Shown here: piece after piece, positions 50,804-64,000 of the stretch
How the letters are laid out: each line of letters begins with the position of its first letter
How positions within the stretch are numbered: the first letter of the stretch is position 1
Assembly (NCBI GenBank): GCA_043228905.1
Contig: JBHGNT010000001.1
Location: 35,154,001-35,218,000, forward strand
Direction of reading: 5' to 3'
DNA from: Azolla caroliniana
Lineage: Eukaryota; Plantae; Polypodiophyta
Length of the DNA stretch: 64,000 nucleotides
Translations under genes and position numbers: made by a program
Notes under the pieces: generated by a model
Database searches by the model: none
Seen by the model: the letters and a program-made list of their open reading frames with translations, nothing else
Told to the model about the DNA's origin: nothing

Positions 50804-51549
50804 GCATTTTTCATCTGATTAAACAGAGACAGAATGTGTGTTTTTCTTATTCCCCTGCTTCTGTTCTGTTTGTGAGAGAAAAACAAAGTGAAACCATATC
50901 CACATACAAGTTCTTCTCTTAGAGACTAAAATTTGCTTCTTGTCTTTGTTTCTTTAAGAGAGAAATCATATCCACAAATCACCCTCTAGGGGCTTTGAGA
51001 TTATAGCCAAGTGGGGATCGTCTCAACCTTCTTCGTGTGAGACACAAACAAAGAACAAATATACGGAAATGCCATGTATCGATTCCTTAAATGCCTTGCC
51101 ACTTAGGGGGCGTGGGGCCCTGCTCAATTATCCCTCACAAAGGTGCTCACGCTTGCGACTCTTGCATTGGGATGGAAACAATTTAAGTATTATGTCTAGA
51201 TGTAATTGTGTGAGAAAGCTACGTTGCCATGTATGTAGGTCATGGGATTCTTTTCCCCGTATGAGTTCCTTGTGGAATTCTTTTTTGGGCCCCTTTTCCT
51301 CGCATGAGCCCTCCCATGTTATAAGCTAGTCTTACAGTAACTTGGATGGTTAACATTGACTCAAAATCCTCGTTGTTCTACATTCTCTCGACGAAGACCA
51401 ACATTAGAGCAAGTGGAATAGAGAATATTCTCTCATGAAATGCATATGACATGTTTAGTTTGGTACATATTTTCAAGAATAACTAGTAGTGGGCCTTTAA
51501 TAATCATGACCCACTAATCATGTATTCACACACTATCCATGTTGACTTT

Positions 51550-53000
51550 ATTTTTCAAAACCCTCCCTTAAGCTCAACTAAGTCAAATATTATATCATAA
51601 CTTGCTCTTTCATGTCAAATCAAAACTTTGGAGAAGGACTAGCAAGCATGCGATCACACTCTATGCAAGCTAAACTTGTTTCTCAACACCCTCCCTTTAA
51701 GCCGAACAGTTTTTGAAATAGAACTTGCTCCTTTGTCTTTTAAGTTAGATTGTGATTTGCTCAATAGATCATGTCCAACATGAGTTTTTGGGTTAATCCT
51801 TAATCTTTTGTTGAAGGCATATACACAATACCAACTAGTCTTGGCGCACACGTCCATGCTACTCATGTTGTCATATAATCCCTACTACATTTGGGTGCAC
51901 CAAGTAACATGTGCTCATCCTAGCGTGTGAGAACTAGTTGGGCAAGGATGGCATGTGCGTAAATGTGTGCACTCATGCGTGCATGAATGTCAGAAGATTT
52001 ATTCTAATGTGAGCATAAAATAAGGAAATAGTTAAGATGATAAGAGACAGAGAGATAAAGAAGGGTGTTGATCCACCCACCCTCAAGCGAAGGGATCAAG
52101 ATTCAAGACATTCATGAACCTTGAATAACTTTGAGTCGTACTTAATACTAGTGCACGTGAGTCACCACAAAGATCGCAATCTCGATGTTGTTGAATAATG
52201 TCCCCAATGAGGATAGTTAAGCTTCATCTTTATAGCCAAAACTAAAGGCCCTTAAGCAAGTTCAAACTTGGCCCTTAAGGGTTGTCTCAATCCATAGGAT
52301 TAAAAGTAATCCTCCCTTCTTCATACTTTTGATTTATCCTCACACTCTTATTGTATTGTACAAAAAACTATGATAGAAAACTACAATGGGATAAGTAATG
52401 GATCATGGCTTGATATTCCTTTTTGTGCTCAACTAGTGTTTTGAAACAAAGGCAAACGCTCTCATGGACTAAACTCCACGACTCAACAATGACTAAAAAG
52501 TGTAGTTTATTTGCACTTGCATTTGATGAAGGTATGGATGTGGAAGTTAGTTTGTTACTTGGGCCTTCACACTCAAGCAAGCAAGAAGGGTTGCAAGGCA
52601 AACACATACATGTCGCGTGAGAAACCATTTAATGGCCTACATATGCTAGGGACATCACAAAAGGCCATGAGCGTCCACAACTTAAACAAAGGTGAATCCA
52701 ATCCGGCAAGTGGTGCAAGGCTTTTGTAGCCATGCACCGACCAATAAATATATTGTTGGAAAGGCCCAACAAGGCGATCGAGTCGAATTCGGACAAATGT
52801 CAAGAGATATCAAGCACATGCATCAAGAGTTTCAACCATCATTCCACCCACTCCCACCTACCTTACCAAGGTTCATCATTCACCACGCTCGAAAATGAAG
52901 GCGAAGAAACATCCATGAAGTTACAACATTTCCAACATGTTTTGTCACGACTCACAATCCATGTTGTCCTTGGACAAGGTGGTTCTTAGGCCCACGCTGA
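51550..53000. mobile_element. Probable decayed LTR-retrotransposon remnants between SGR and MSRB
   Basis: PPT/LTR-edge-like strings (aaaaccctcccttaagc at ~51557, caacaccctccctttaagc at ~51684). No recognisable pol ORF, so this is weak. Confidence 0.3.
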
Positions 53001-53495
53001 AGTTGCCTCCTCAAGTCGGAGGCTCAATGGTTTTGGGTCTTATAAATGGGATTAGAATTTACCCCCAAAGAGACATGGAGAGAGAGAGAGTGTGTGTGTG
53101 TGTGTGAATGAAGAAATTGGATTTCGAACCCAAGACATAACGTTAGTAGTCTAACAAACTCATAGTACGTAAAATTCGTGTTCGTCTAGCATAACATTCG
53201 TTTTCCTACGTTGGAAAAAGAATGCGAATGTTATTCAAACATCCTTGTTTTTTTTTTGTTTTTCCCCCTTTTTTTAATGAATTTTTTATTTGTTAGGCTT
53301 ATTACCTCATAATAAATAGTTAATCCAAAAGTATGGTATTTATCATTCGTTGAAACATTCTCGAATGCACGTATGGTAGATACTATGCTTACCACTTCTA
53401 CAATTAGCTATGAAAAAGGGCAAAATAGTCAGAGAGAAAAAAGAGACAGAAAGAGAGAGAGAGAGGAGAGAAAATGTATGGCTATGGTCTTGGAG

Positions 53496-53505
53496 ATATC
53501 CACGT
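53496..53505 (+). promoter_or_regulatory. Candidate G-box/ABRE (CACGTG) overlapping a TATCCA motif upstream of MSRB
   Basis: gatatccacgtgt ~120 bp upstream of the ATG. This is a motif match only. Confidence 0.3.
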
Positions 53506-53572
53506 GTATGAAAAAGAAAAAGCACCTGTCGTTCTTTTCCCTTCATTCCTTCCTTCCTCTTTTCTGCGTATC

Positions 53573-53576
<4 letters not shown>

Positions 53577-53610
<34 letters not shown>
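53577..53610 (+). repeat. (CT)n microsatellite immediately 5' of the MSRB ATG
   Basis: About 17 CT/TC units read directly. Confidence 0.9.
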
Positions 53611-53613
<3 letters not shown>

Positions 53614-53620
53614 GATCGCC

Positions 53621-56600
53621 ATGGCCGCTCTCTCCTTCTCCTTAGCATCTCTCGCATCGTCAACCAAATCTCTCACATCGTCATCTTCATCTGCAACAAC
53701 GAAAGGGAGAGCTTCTTTCTTCTTTGCCAGACGAGCGATGGTTTCCCGAGCCTCGGCTTCTTCTTCTACTGGTCCTTCTGCTAAGGCTCAGAGGTCTGAG
53801 CAGGAATGGCGTGCGATTCTTTCTCCTGAACAGTTCCGTATCCTTCGACAGAAAGGCACCGAGTAACCTCTCTGTCTCTCTCTCTCTCTCTCGCTGTCGC
53901 CATCTCTTTTTCCATTGCTTTGATACTGCTGTTGCGTGAGTTTTTCATTGGTGTAGTTCCGTGTAATATTTTCCATTGTTCTAAGAAGAAATTCTTTATA
54001 AGGTTTTCCACTAATGCAACGGCACTTCTTTTACGTGAGTTTGTTGGTGTAGGGAAACTTATTTTTCGCAATGGAAAATATTTTCCATTGTTCTAAGAAG
54101 AAATTCTTTATAAGGTTTTCCACTAATGCAACGGCACTTCTTTTACGTGAGTTTGTTGGTGTAGGGAAACTTATTTTTCGCAAAATTTTCCATTGATGCA
54201 ACAAGAAGATTTTTTTATGATGTCGCCTATGATGGTCCTTTCATCTAAGCTTTTTATTAGGATTTCTAGAAGAAGATATTTTTATAAAGTTTCTGTTTAT
54301 GTAATAAGACTCTTTTGTAAGATTTCCATACATTTGATGTCGTGAGTTCTCTGTCTATGTCTGGCGACTTTTTATGAGGTCTTCCTTCTGATTTAGTAGA
54401 ACTTTTGTGTGATGAGTTTCTTATTGTTGTACGAGGACTTCCAAGTGAGGTTTTCCATTTGATCTAAGAATAACTCGGTATCAGGGTTTCCATTGTGATA
54501 AGATGGCTTTTGTGTCAGTTAATGCATTCAGATGTATGAGGTCTTCCATTTGATGTAGTAGGACTTTTGTGTGATGAGTTCTCCATTGATGTACAAGAAC
54601 CTTTGAGCGAGGTTTTTCATTTGATCTGTGTGAGTTAATGGGGTAAGAACACTTTTGTATTAGTTAATGCATTCAGATGTAAGAAGGGCTTTTATTCAAC
54701 GTTTCCTTTGATATCAGTGCACTCTGTGTGAACATTCCATTTATGTAAGAAGCATTTTGTTTATTTTCATTACATGAAGGCCCTGGTTTGAGTTTCTAGT
54801 GCTAGTCTCCATTGTTATACATAGATGGAAGATGGATTCTGAGAAAGTTTTCCATTAATGTAAAAAGAAGTTCTTTGTGAGTTTTCCATTGTTGTAGAAA
54901 ATGATTTTATGTGAGTTGCCCATTTGATTCAAGAAGCCTTTTGCAGTGAGGTTTATATTCATAAGGATTCTATACGATGATTTATGTAATGAAACATGAT
55001 CTTGTGGTATCAACTTCTAGGAATGGTTATCGATTTTAAGTTCAATGATTCTTCTTTGTGTATTGTTTATATAACACTCTTTTAATGTTTTTGTTTATCT
55101 TTGGATTGCTTCCTCATGGATCATCCATGGTTTAAAACCAATCTTGGAGACAGGTCTGACGTTGTTTTCTCTTTTCCACTTCTTGACTAGGTTTCCTGGA
55201 ACTGGGAAGTATAACAAAGTCTACGATGAAGGTATCTATGAATGTGCTGGTTGTGGAACCCCGTTGTACAAATCAATAACCAAGTTTGACTCAGGGTGTG
55301 GCTGGCCAGCATTTTATGAGGGGCTTCCGGGTGCTATCAATGAAACTGTATGAAATATGTATTTCCCAATTTTATTTGATTATGTCAATGTATTTTCCTT
55401 TCCATTTATTTAGTCTTGAATGGTTAGATTTAATTTCAGTAATTTAGAAACTAGTGAGGATGCAATCTGCTATATGAAGTTTATATATCACATCAAATTG
55501 GCATTCATGGTTATGTAAATGCATTTTTCGTTTTTACATATGCAGCATTGGATTTTTGGGTAGGATTTTTATAACATAAAAAGTCCTTATAGTAAGCTAT
55601 AGCAAGCCCGTATTTCATATCAAGTTGCCATTTCTACTTATGCAATCATAGATGATCAATTTCAATATTGTAGAAACTTGTACAAATGTTAGAGCAGGTT
55701 TCATGCTTTCAGTGTCAGTTACAACCAACTTGACAGGACTCTTGGAATGTTATGATTGGCCTTTAGTAATAGTAGGGAAATTTCAGAGACAAGTTGCTGC
55801 CTACTAGATGAGTATTGAAATTCCTATATTGGCAGCCAAGTTCTTGTGATTTTTTGTTTTTGCTTTTGTGCTGGGCTTGGGACTTATATGGTAAGTTTAA
55901 CACTGTATGTTTTTCAAACTTGGGAAAAAATGGTCAGACAGCTACCTGAACCGATAGAATGTCATTTTTGTCGCCAGCTTATTTATGAACTTACATCTAT
56001 GGGAATTTTCCAGGAGGTCACCAACTAAACGTAGCTTTTGATGCATTAACTAAATTGCCATTATTTCCTGGTGGGCTTCCAAAGCTAAAGTCTATGCACT
56101 TGTTAGAAAACACATCGTAGCAAATGATTGACCATTGTATACCAGCCTCACATCCATTCAGAAATTGTTTCAGTTGCTTGTGGAAAGAAAATTATGCAAT
56201 TGATGAGTTTCTATAACTCTAATCAAATAGGTCTGAATTCATCTGTACCCCATTCAAATTCTGAGTTTGATAAGTGTATTTTTTGTTAGTGAAAATTGGT
56301 TGATTTTAGTGTACATGCTATAGGGATAATAATATAATATTTCTGAACATATTTTGAAACTGAATTGAGGTTGTGAGGTTATTCTGACACACTTTTCTGA
56401 GCTGAGCTATTATTAGTAGATATCTTAGCTGTATTGACCAATCATTTCTCCAGCCATGTTAACACAAGCTATGTTTACAGATATTTTTGGTATTCTGATG
56501 CATGCAACAATTTTTTTGGACTATGGGGGATTGCTAGTATATTTAGTATATTCAAATATTCCACAAGCATAATTATGATTGGCAGTTTTACCGATTGTCA

Positions 56601-58416
56601 GTATGCCATTCCCAGGAACAGGTTTTCAATAAGCACCGAGAGTTCAAGGCTGTGACATTGGTTATTTGGAACCATTATTCCAAAGGAGCTGGCAGTTTAC
56701 ATGCTTTTTGACTTTCATTAAGGGAAAACTTGCTTATACACGGTCACCTTGGTGTGAATCCCTAGTCCATGAATCCTATTAAGTGTCACGATAGCTAAGA
56801 GTCATTACTCTGTACAATAACTGATGAATATCAGGCAGGATGGATCCAGAAATAAACAACTGATATCTCAAGCTTCATTCTAAGTTTAGCCCACAGGATT
56901 TTGTTACACTCGTAAACTTCACCAGATACATGACTCTTGACAAATACGTTATTTGTCTCACAGAAACATACTATTTCTATCTGTTTGTGGTAATGAAGCC
57001 TTAATAGCATGAACTGAACAGTGAGGAATGTCTCCATTGGTAAAACCTGAAATTTCTCCATGCAGCACTCTTTCTTGCTGCAGTCTAATCCTGTGTTATT
57101 GCCTCCCCAATGGCAGGGCTTGGCTTGTGCTTGATCTCCGAAGTAATCGATGCATTGATTATTGCAGAGTTCACAGTTAATGGGCCACTTGTGACACTCT
57201 GAGCATATGTATTATCATCACTCCTCAACCACGCCCATTGTGCATAAAATACAATGTAGCATCAGTTCTTTTAGCTCATACAGTTCCCCTCCAATAAATT
57301 TCAAGAACCATATAAAATTTTCTGACATCGTCCAATTATTACTATGGTTTTCATCATCAGTTGTATTTCATAATTGGTGTAATTGTTTTTAACTTTTTCA
57401 GTTCTTTCTCATGTTACATTAATCATTATGATCTGCTGCACTCTTTCTTTTAGTGATATTTGAAGGAGAGTTTGTCATGATGGCTGTGGCAATGATGTTG
57501 ATGTTTTGAGTGGGTGATTGGGCTGGTGATATGCTGAAGGGATCCTGATAGCTTGATGGGTGGCAGCTATTCAGCTCTCTTAAGTAGAAGGGTCTGATGG
57601 CAAGATGGGAATTGTGGACTGATGCATTGGATTCCAAAGGGCCTGCAGGCTGATTAAGAGGATGCTGCAATTTATTCAGGTTTGGCAGTTAGTGTGTTAT
57701 AGTTTTTGATGATGTTAGCCATGATGGTGTGGTAGGGTGCTGCCTCTTGATGATGCCTCACTGTCTGTTGATGACCTGAAAATACAGATTGTGTGAAGAA
57801 GCAAGATGCAGGTATTGACAGATAAGATAAGCTTGATGACCAAGTCATGTGATTTGATTGTATGCAGGGTTAGGAAGGTTTATTACTAGTTGTTGGATTA
57901 TTAGAATTTAGTGCTATTAGAAGCTCCAGCCTCCATTGGGAAATATATGGATTAATACTTGTCCACAATACTGGGGAACCAGTACACCATCCTGATGTTT
58001 GACAGTGATCTTACGCTTATGTTGCATTATACAATGCTGTTTGAGAAACAGAGAGGGAGTTTTCTCTTTAACTTCCACTGGAGACTGATTGCGATGTATG
58101 AGATGGGGCCAAGCCCATGACGAAGATTGGACTTGGGTTCTCTCAATTTTATGACTTTGATGCTATGATGAACCACCTAGCCAACAGTCAGAGAGAGAGA
58201 GGGAGAGATGAAATAATATATGAAATATGAAAGGATAAAATGAACAATGACACCTTTTTCCAGGTTGATGCAGATGGATACCGGATAGAAATAACCTGTG
58301 CTGCATGTGGAGGGCATTTAGGCCATGTTTTCAAAGGTGAAGGATTTCCAACACCAACAAACGAAAGGCATTGTGTTAATAGCATTTCTTTGAAATTCAT
58401 CCCTGCTAATGAATAG
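53621..58416 (+). CDS. MSRB: Peptide methionine sulfoxide reductase B, 2-Cys type with plastid transit peptide (MSRB2-like)
   Basis: Exons are 53621-53862, 55191-55347 and 58264-58416 (TAG). Ser/Ala-rich N-terminus, [20 protein letters not shown], Zn ligands CAGC and CAAC, resolving Cys in [14 protein letters not shown] and catalytic RHCVNS. Confidence 0.96.
53900..54960. repeat. Degenerate short-unit tandem array in MSRB intron 1, containing a perfect 107-bp duplication
   Basis: Recurrent (gagg)ttttccattgatg-like core. 53965-54071 equals 54077-54183, separated by tggaa. Confidence 0.8.
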
Positions 58417-58812
58417 AATGGACTTTGTGTATCTCCAATGTGAAGGCTTTGGTCTAATCTGGCTGTCATGGGCAATATTAGTTGTAATTTATTGTCATAA
58501 TCAAAGGCACCACCTGTAAATGAATTCTCTTGGAAACATTAGGTTGAGGTTTGTTCATACAGATTACAATTAATTGATGTTAAATTTCTTGATTTCATTC
58601 TTTATGAACATTAGAGACATTTACAAAAATCTGATTTGTCGCACAAATTGACAATGATAAACAGTTTTATATCTATGGCTTGGTAATTCAAGCATCCTTA
58701 GTGTCAAGAGGTAAATTCTTTATTTTTGGTTATGCAGCTATGTACAGATGGTATTATAATATGAACAACCTGGCATTAATTTCAAAACTCATGTTAAATG
58801 TAATCATGGCGT

Positions 58813-59049
58813 GTCTTTTTTATTTGCAAAGACAGCATATTCTTTAATTAGAAAGTAATGGGTAAAGCTCACCTTAACACTTGAATACCTTTCATATGCT
58901 TATTACGGCATATTTGAGAATCATTAGAGGAGTCTTTTTTATTTGCAATGACAGCATATTCTTTAATTAGAAAGTAATGGGTAAAGCTCACCTTAACACT
59001 TATATACCTTTCACATGCTTATTACAGCATACTTGAGAATCCTTAGAGA
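58813..59049. repeat. ~119-bp tandem duplication downstream of MSRB
   Basis: gtcttttttatttgcaa.gacagcatattctttaattagaaagtaatgggtaaagctcaccttaacactt... occurs twice. Confidence 0.9.
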
Positions 59050-59989
59050 AGTGTGGTCCATCCAATCCAAAGGTGTTTTGTATTTAAATTGGTGCTCTCG
59101 GCAATACATTGATGGACCATATAAGGTCATGGCTCCAGACATACATTTATGAATGTATGATGGACTATATAAGGTCAATTTTCTATGCAATTCGAATTCT
59201 GAGTAAAATATCATATATTATTATCTACAAAGATATTTCAGGTAGCTTTGATGTGTATTCGTAAGTACAGCCTTATAAAATGCATCACATTCAGCTTCAA
59301 GAGAGGGAATCCATGTTTGGTAGCTTCCATGGCAATTCCAGCCATTATTGATTTGTGACCTTGAAAGCCAATCATGTAAACGCACCCTTCAAAATCAAAG
59401 GCTCATGATTGGATAGACTCAGTACAGTGCCTAAATCCAGTCAAATTCAGTCTCTTAGCTGATCAAAACCAAGGCAGACATGATCTACAACTCATTATAG
59501 CCTACACTTGCCCAACAATCATCTAATTTTGATGTGCATTGCAACTAGAGTAGACATAGAATTTTCAAACTTCTGGACATGAAATTGAGCGTACATTAAA
59601 AGAATAAATACTTGTGCATATGTCAAACCAGAACAAGAAAAGTATTACTAACCATTTGAATTTCTAAAAGGTTTAGTATCATTTCTGTGGGATTTAGACT
59701 TACCGGACCAGCTAATTTTAGTATAAATGATCAATCTAAAATTTTAATAATACAACAGGAATATTCCTGGTGCTGATTTGGCATCTCTTGAGCGGACCCC
59801 TTTGGTGTTAAATTCTGACGGTTGCATGCACCAAACAATCATTTTAAGTTAAAAGTACAGGTTTTGCAAAATCATGAGAAATTTTTAACACATTTTGTAG
59901 TTAGTTCAAACAGCTAAGATGAACCATCAGATAAGGAAAAAAGTGATAGTGGAGACCTGTTTTTTATTGAATCAATCACTGACACAGAG

Positions 59990-59994
<5 letters not shown>

Positions 59995-60060
<66 letters not shown>
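59995..60060. repeat. (GA)n(GT)n compound microsatellite
   Basis: Read directly. Confidence 0.95.
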
Positions 60061-60061
<1 letters not shown>

Positions 60062-60455
60062 GAAGCATTTGTCACATGAGGGGAGTCAAATATGAAGTTG
60101 GCAGGACCTCCTGTTCACAATTAGGTTTGTTCTGAAGGATCATCACGGGCTCACTTTTTTTGGTTTCTATGGGGATATAATGTCCCGTGTAAAATAGACA
60201 CGGTGGTATTTCCACTACATGATGAAATTTTGTCTTTACGAGATCGAGAGAGAACTTTATACACGTCTTTGATTGCCAGGCTGTAATGTTACTTCTTGTG
60301 CACTACATATACATAAAAAGGAGTTCTGCAGATCAAGCCAAAAATGGCCTTCAAACGTTGCCTTGTTAGGTACAAAAAACAAAAAAATAGCTCACGTATG
60401 AATGATCCTTGGCTATCGAGGGCCATTTGCAAAAAAACCTTTTATACAAGCATCT

Positions 60456-63400
60456 TTAGATCTGCCAGTCAATTGGTAACAAACCTTGCTTCTCCAGAAT
60501 CTGATTTGTCTTAGAGAAATGCCTGTGGCCCAAAGATAAAAAAACTGAACAATAGCAATGTACCATATTTTGATGCATAAGAGGAATTGAGAGAAAATGG
60601 GCAGGGAATGTTTCCAATGGAGCAAGTCTAACCTGCAATTGAAAAAACCCCTATGGGCAGAGAGGCCTGAAGGGTGGGCTGCTTTCAAAATATGGTGTTT
60701 GCTTGCATCTATTAGCCTATCAAATCGATGACAAGCATGGAAGGTTAGTAATGCAGCAGAGAAAGTTTAATCAAAATAGTCAAGACAAACTACCAAAACA
60801 GAACCAAAAAAGTACATTGTTTTATCTTTAGCACAATGATAGGAAAAATAATGCTAGATCCGGCAAGCTTAAATGCGAAACATAAAAATCCGTAAAGATG
60901 AAATGCAAAAACAAAAACTTACTTTGTTTTCTCTTGTGCTGAATTTCCCCACAATAGGAAAATAATGCCAGATCGACCCAGAGCCAGAGCTCTAATAGTA
61001 GCATCTGTATACTGTTCCCATCCCTGTTTTGCATGTGAATTGGCTTTATTACCACGAACTGTCATGCCAACAATACAAAAATTTAACAGTATTCACAACA
61101 CTTCAATTTAGCATAGAGCAATAATCTCATTTGGTTTCTCTCTAACTATGCTTAGATTAGGGTGCATCACCTGTGAGTACAGTGTTAAGCAGCATTACTC
61201 CCTGTTTAAAAATCAACCATATATAAAACAAAGGCCAATATAAGCTTTACTTGTTCAGTTCCTAAATCATGTCTTCTTTGTATGACAGTGGTAGTATACC
61301 TGATGAGACCACTTCTCGAGGTTTCCATGAGATGGAATCGAGCAGCCCAAATCATCGCGAATCTCCTTAAAGATGTTCAGCAGACTTGAGGGGAACTTGA
61401 TTCCTTTCTCAACAGAGAAACAAAGCCCCATGGCTTGTCCTGGACCATGATAAGGATCCTATCACAGTCAAGATTGCACTATGAAAGATAAGAAGTAGAA
61501 TAAAACAAAAGAAAGTTGAATATCAAGTTGATGGTTCTAACCTGACCTAGGATAACCACTTTCACTTTGTCAAAAGGGCAAGAGTTGAAGGCATTAAACA
61601 CTTTAGCTGGAGGTGGATATATAGGGAAGTCTTTAGAAGCCTCCTGCTGCACAAACTGGTATAAGTTCTGCATGTATGGCTTCTCCAGTTCATTACCCAA
61701 TACTTCTTTCCAGCTTTTCTCTACAAGCAAGGTCTTTAACTCTGGAAATGGCATGCCTTGCGTTGGAGATACAACCACAGAATTTATAAGTTATAATTTG
61801 CATATCAAAAGGAATTAGGTGTACATTAAGATGTGTACATTAATAGCTCCATTAAGTGATATAAGAGGTAATGCATTTTTACATTAAGATGTGTACATTT
61901 TTACATTGGAGGATGCAAAAGGAACAAAAACATTGATTGCATGATTGCATTGTGGATTTCTGCAAGGCCTTTGACACTGTATCCAGGGAATTATCCTACA
62001 AACAACATATGGGACTCAAAATTCTGTCTGACATGATGTGGGCTACACATGCACTACAGGAACAAGTGTTGGAAGGAGTTAGGTATAGAAGGAGGCTTTG
62101 AGAGGTAGTCACAAGCTCCATTGGTGTCTTCAGACTCAACATCAATGATATAGTGGACTACATCATATATGGAGGAGGCACGGAAATCAACATATTAGGT
62201 ACATCTATTCACATTCTTCTTTTTCTAACAATACAAGCTGTGTCTCTGAATCTCATGCAGGTCTACACTATCACCTCAACACGCTAGATGGTTTTTGCCA
62301 CAAATAAGAGCTCATAGTAAACCTAGGAATAAAAAGACCATGATTTCTACATGTTCATGCTGACTCGCCAACAATCTCCCTTCACAATATTAGGACAGCA
62401 AGTTGAAGTACTGGATTACTATGTAGAGCGACATTTGCAAGCTATGACCGAAGCCACCGAAGATCAACTCACTCGAGGATATGCTACTTTAGCCACGATA
62501 GAACGACAGTGGCACCCAGAACACTTCTAAGAGCCCCATAGCAAAGTACGGTTATTCAGCATCATGGTCAGTACTATCGTCATGTATGACACCAATATCA
62601 TGAAGTTTGAATATCTCACATTTGAGAGGCCTATTATCCGAGTCGCTCCTTCTGTTTAGCATGCACACGCTATGTAACTTCTTAAGACTTAAATATGTTT
62701 TATCGTGTCTTAAAAATCAGGAGGTATTTGAGCCCATATGTTATAATAAGACAATTTTCGAATAGCAAAAGTGCAAGTTACATGAAATTGAGGGTTTTTG
62801 CCATGTAAGTGTGTTAGTTGCCACGTTCACTCAAATGTTGCTCAAAGTTTCCAGACACCAAGTGCACATATTTACAAAGGAACAAAATCCGACAGAAATA
62901 CATAGAATTTCGCCTACATTTCAATGAATATGTGGTATTTTATCAGTCACTTGCTATTCTTTTAATGCATGATAAGAGAACTCTGGTCGACTACTAAAGA
63001 AACGTCCACCACACTGATAGATGTGAATCTTAAATGGACCAGTTAAGCTATCTTGTTACTAAGAAGTGAAACCTCCTATGCTCGCATTATTGATTCCAGA
63101 TTCTTAGGATATAACAGACCGGATGTTTCTTTGATGAATTAATAATGATAAGAAAAAAACACAAATCTAATTTGAATAAGAAGAAAATATGTCAATGAGA
63201 GATAGAGACCATGCACTAACATTTCAGTTGATGGATTAATGATAGCAATAGAGAGCAAAGAATTGATTTTGAACAACAATTAAATAGATGGGGAGAGAAA
63301 AACAGAGACTTGAGCACCACAAACCTCTCGATTCAGAAACCTTGTTTTCACAGAGCTTCATGTTTCGAATGGCGTGAGCAGAAGCTTTACTAAGCTCCAT

Positions 63401-63655
63401 CCTCACCTTCTGATCCTTACTAACCATAGTTTCTGTTCGATTCGACTCAGATGTCGTATCCTCGTGTGCTTGATCGGAGACATGGAGAAGATCGCCGTCT
63501 TTTTTTCCTTCTTCTTCGGAGATGAAGATGGAAGGGTCGGAAGAGGGAGAAGGGGAGGGAGGAAGTAGGTCACCATCGCTTGGCTGTGTTTTGAGCCGCT
63601 TATGTGTCTGGAAAAGCTGCGAGATTGTCGTGTTCACCTTCACCTTGGAAGCCAT
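60456..63655 (-). CDS. UNG: Uracil-DNA glycosylase (family 1)
   Basis: Minus-strand exons are 63655-63325, 61756-61542, 61458-61300, 61201-61171, 61058-60923, 60716-60633 and 60522-60456 (TAA), phases consistent. Motifs [52 protein letters not shown] and PIDWQI. The start codon is uncertain because the frame stays open upstream. Confidence 0.95.
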
Positions 63656-64000
63656 GGGAGGAGGAAGAAGGAAGAAGTGGTTCAGAGATGTGCGGAAGAA
63701 GAAATCGATCGAAGAAGACGAAGAGGGTCTACAGCTGGTGCAGAAGAAGAATGAAATGAATCGACGCAGGTGAGAGGGACAAACTGTGCGGGAGATTTTT
63801 CCCGCCCTTTTTCGTCTTCGTCTTGGAGGAGAATGATTTCTGATGCATTTTCTCTGAAACATAAGAATGAATGAATAGAATAGAATGTATGTGTGCATTT
63901 GACCCCAAACACACAACACAAGGCACAAATTTTGTGTTTGGGTTCGGTTTGGCCCAAACCCGGCTCCGTTCCGCTTGAACCTTGCGATACCGAGTTCAAA

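Noticed and set aside
53474-53620. Upstream in-frame ATG extending MSRB
   Set aside because: The extension runs through the (CT)n tract and would mask the transit peptide. ATG 53621 has a good context (gccATGG).
58360-58385. Selenocysteine MSRB
   Set aside because: The catalytic codon is TGT (Cys), not TGA.

Overview
Eukaryotic land-plant nuclear DNA: AT-rich, with GT-AG introns. The protein and LINE sequences look non-angiosperm and possibly fern-like, but that is only an inference. I spliced six protein-coding genes by eye. (1) The 3' 32 coding exons of tripeptidyl-peptidase II (TPP2, +, 113-15202; the 5' end lies outside the window). (2) A GHR1/SIRK1-clade LRR-III receptor-like pseudokinase (+, 33463-37952). 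(3) An R3HCC1L-like RRM/coiled-coil protein (+, 42268-46063). (4) STAY-GREEN Mg-dechelatase with its Cys-rich motif (-, 48821-50803). (5) A plastid-type 2-Cys methionine sulfoxide reductase B (+, 53621-58416). (6) Uracil-DNA glycosylase (-, 60456-63655). Between TPP2 and the kinase lie two decayed, tail-to-tail L1-clade LINEs. Both keep endonuclease and zf-RVT sequence but lack the reverse-transcriptase core. A short retroposed fragment with a 20-bp target-site duplication (TSD) and a purine-rich minisatellite follow. The most interesting observation is a ~300-bp plastid 23S rRNA fragment in an intron of the R3HCC1L-like gene. It is in rRNA-sense orientation, ends in an A-run, is bracketed by a ~20-bp direct repeat, and its left junction (CAACT|AAAA) is the same as that of the neighbouring LINE. 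These are hallmarks of LINE-mediated retroposition of plastid rRNA or of an rRNA-derived SINE-like element. A second 23S fragment lies 3.5 kb downstream. Local tandem duplications of 30-380 bp are abundant. No CRISPR arrays, tRNA genes or intact rRNA genes were seen.
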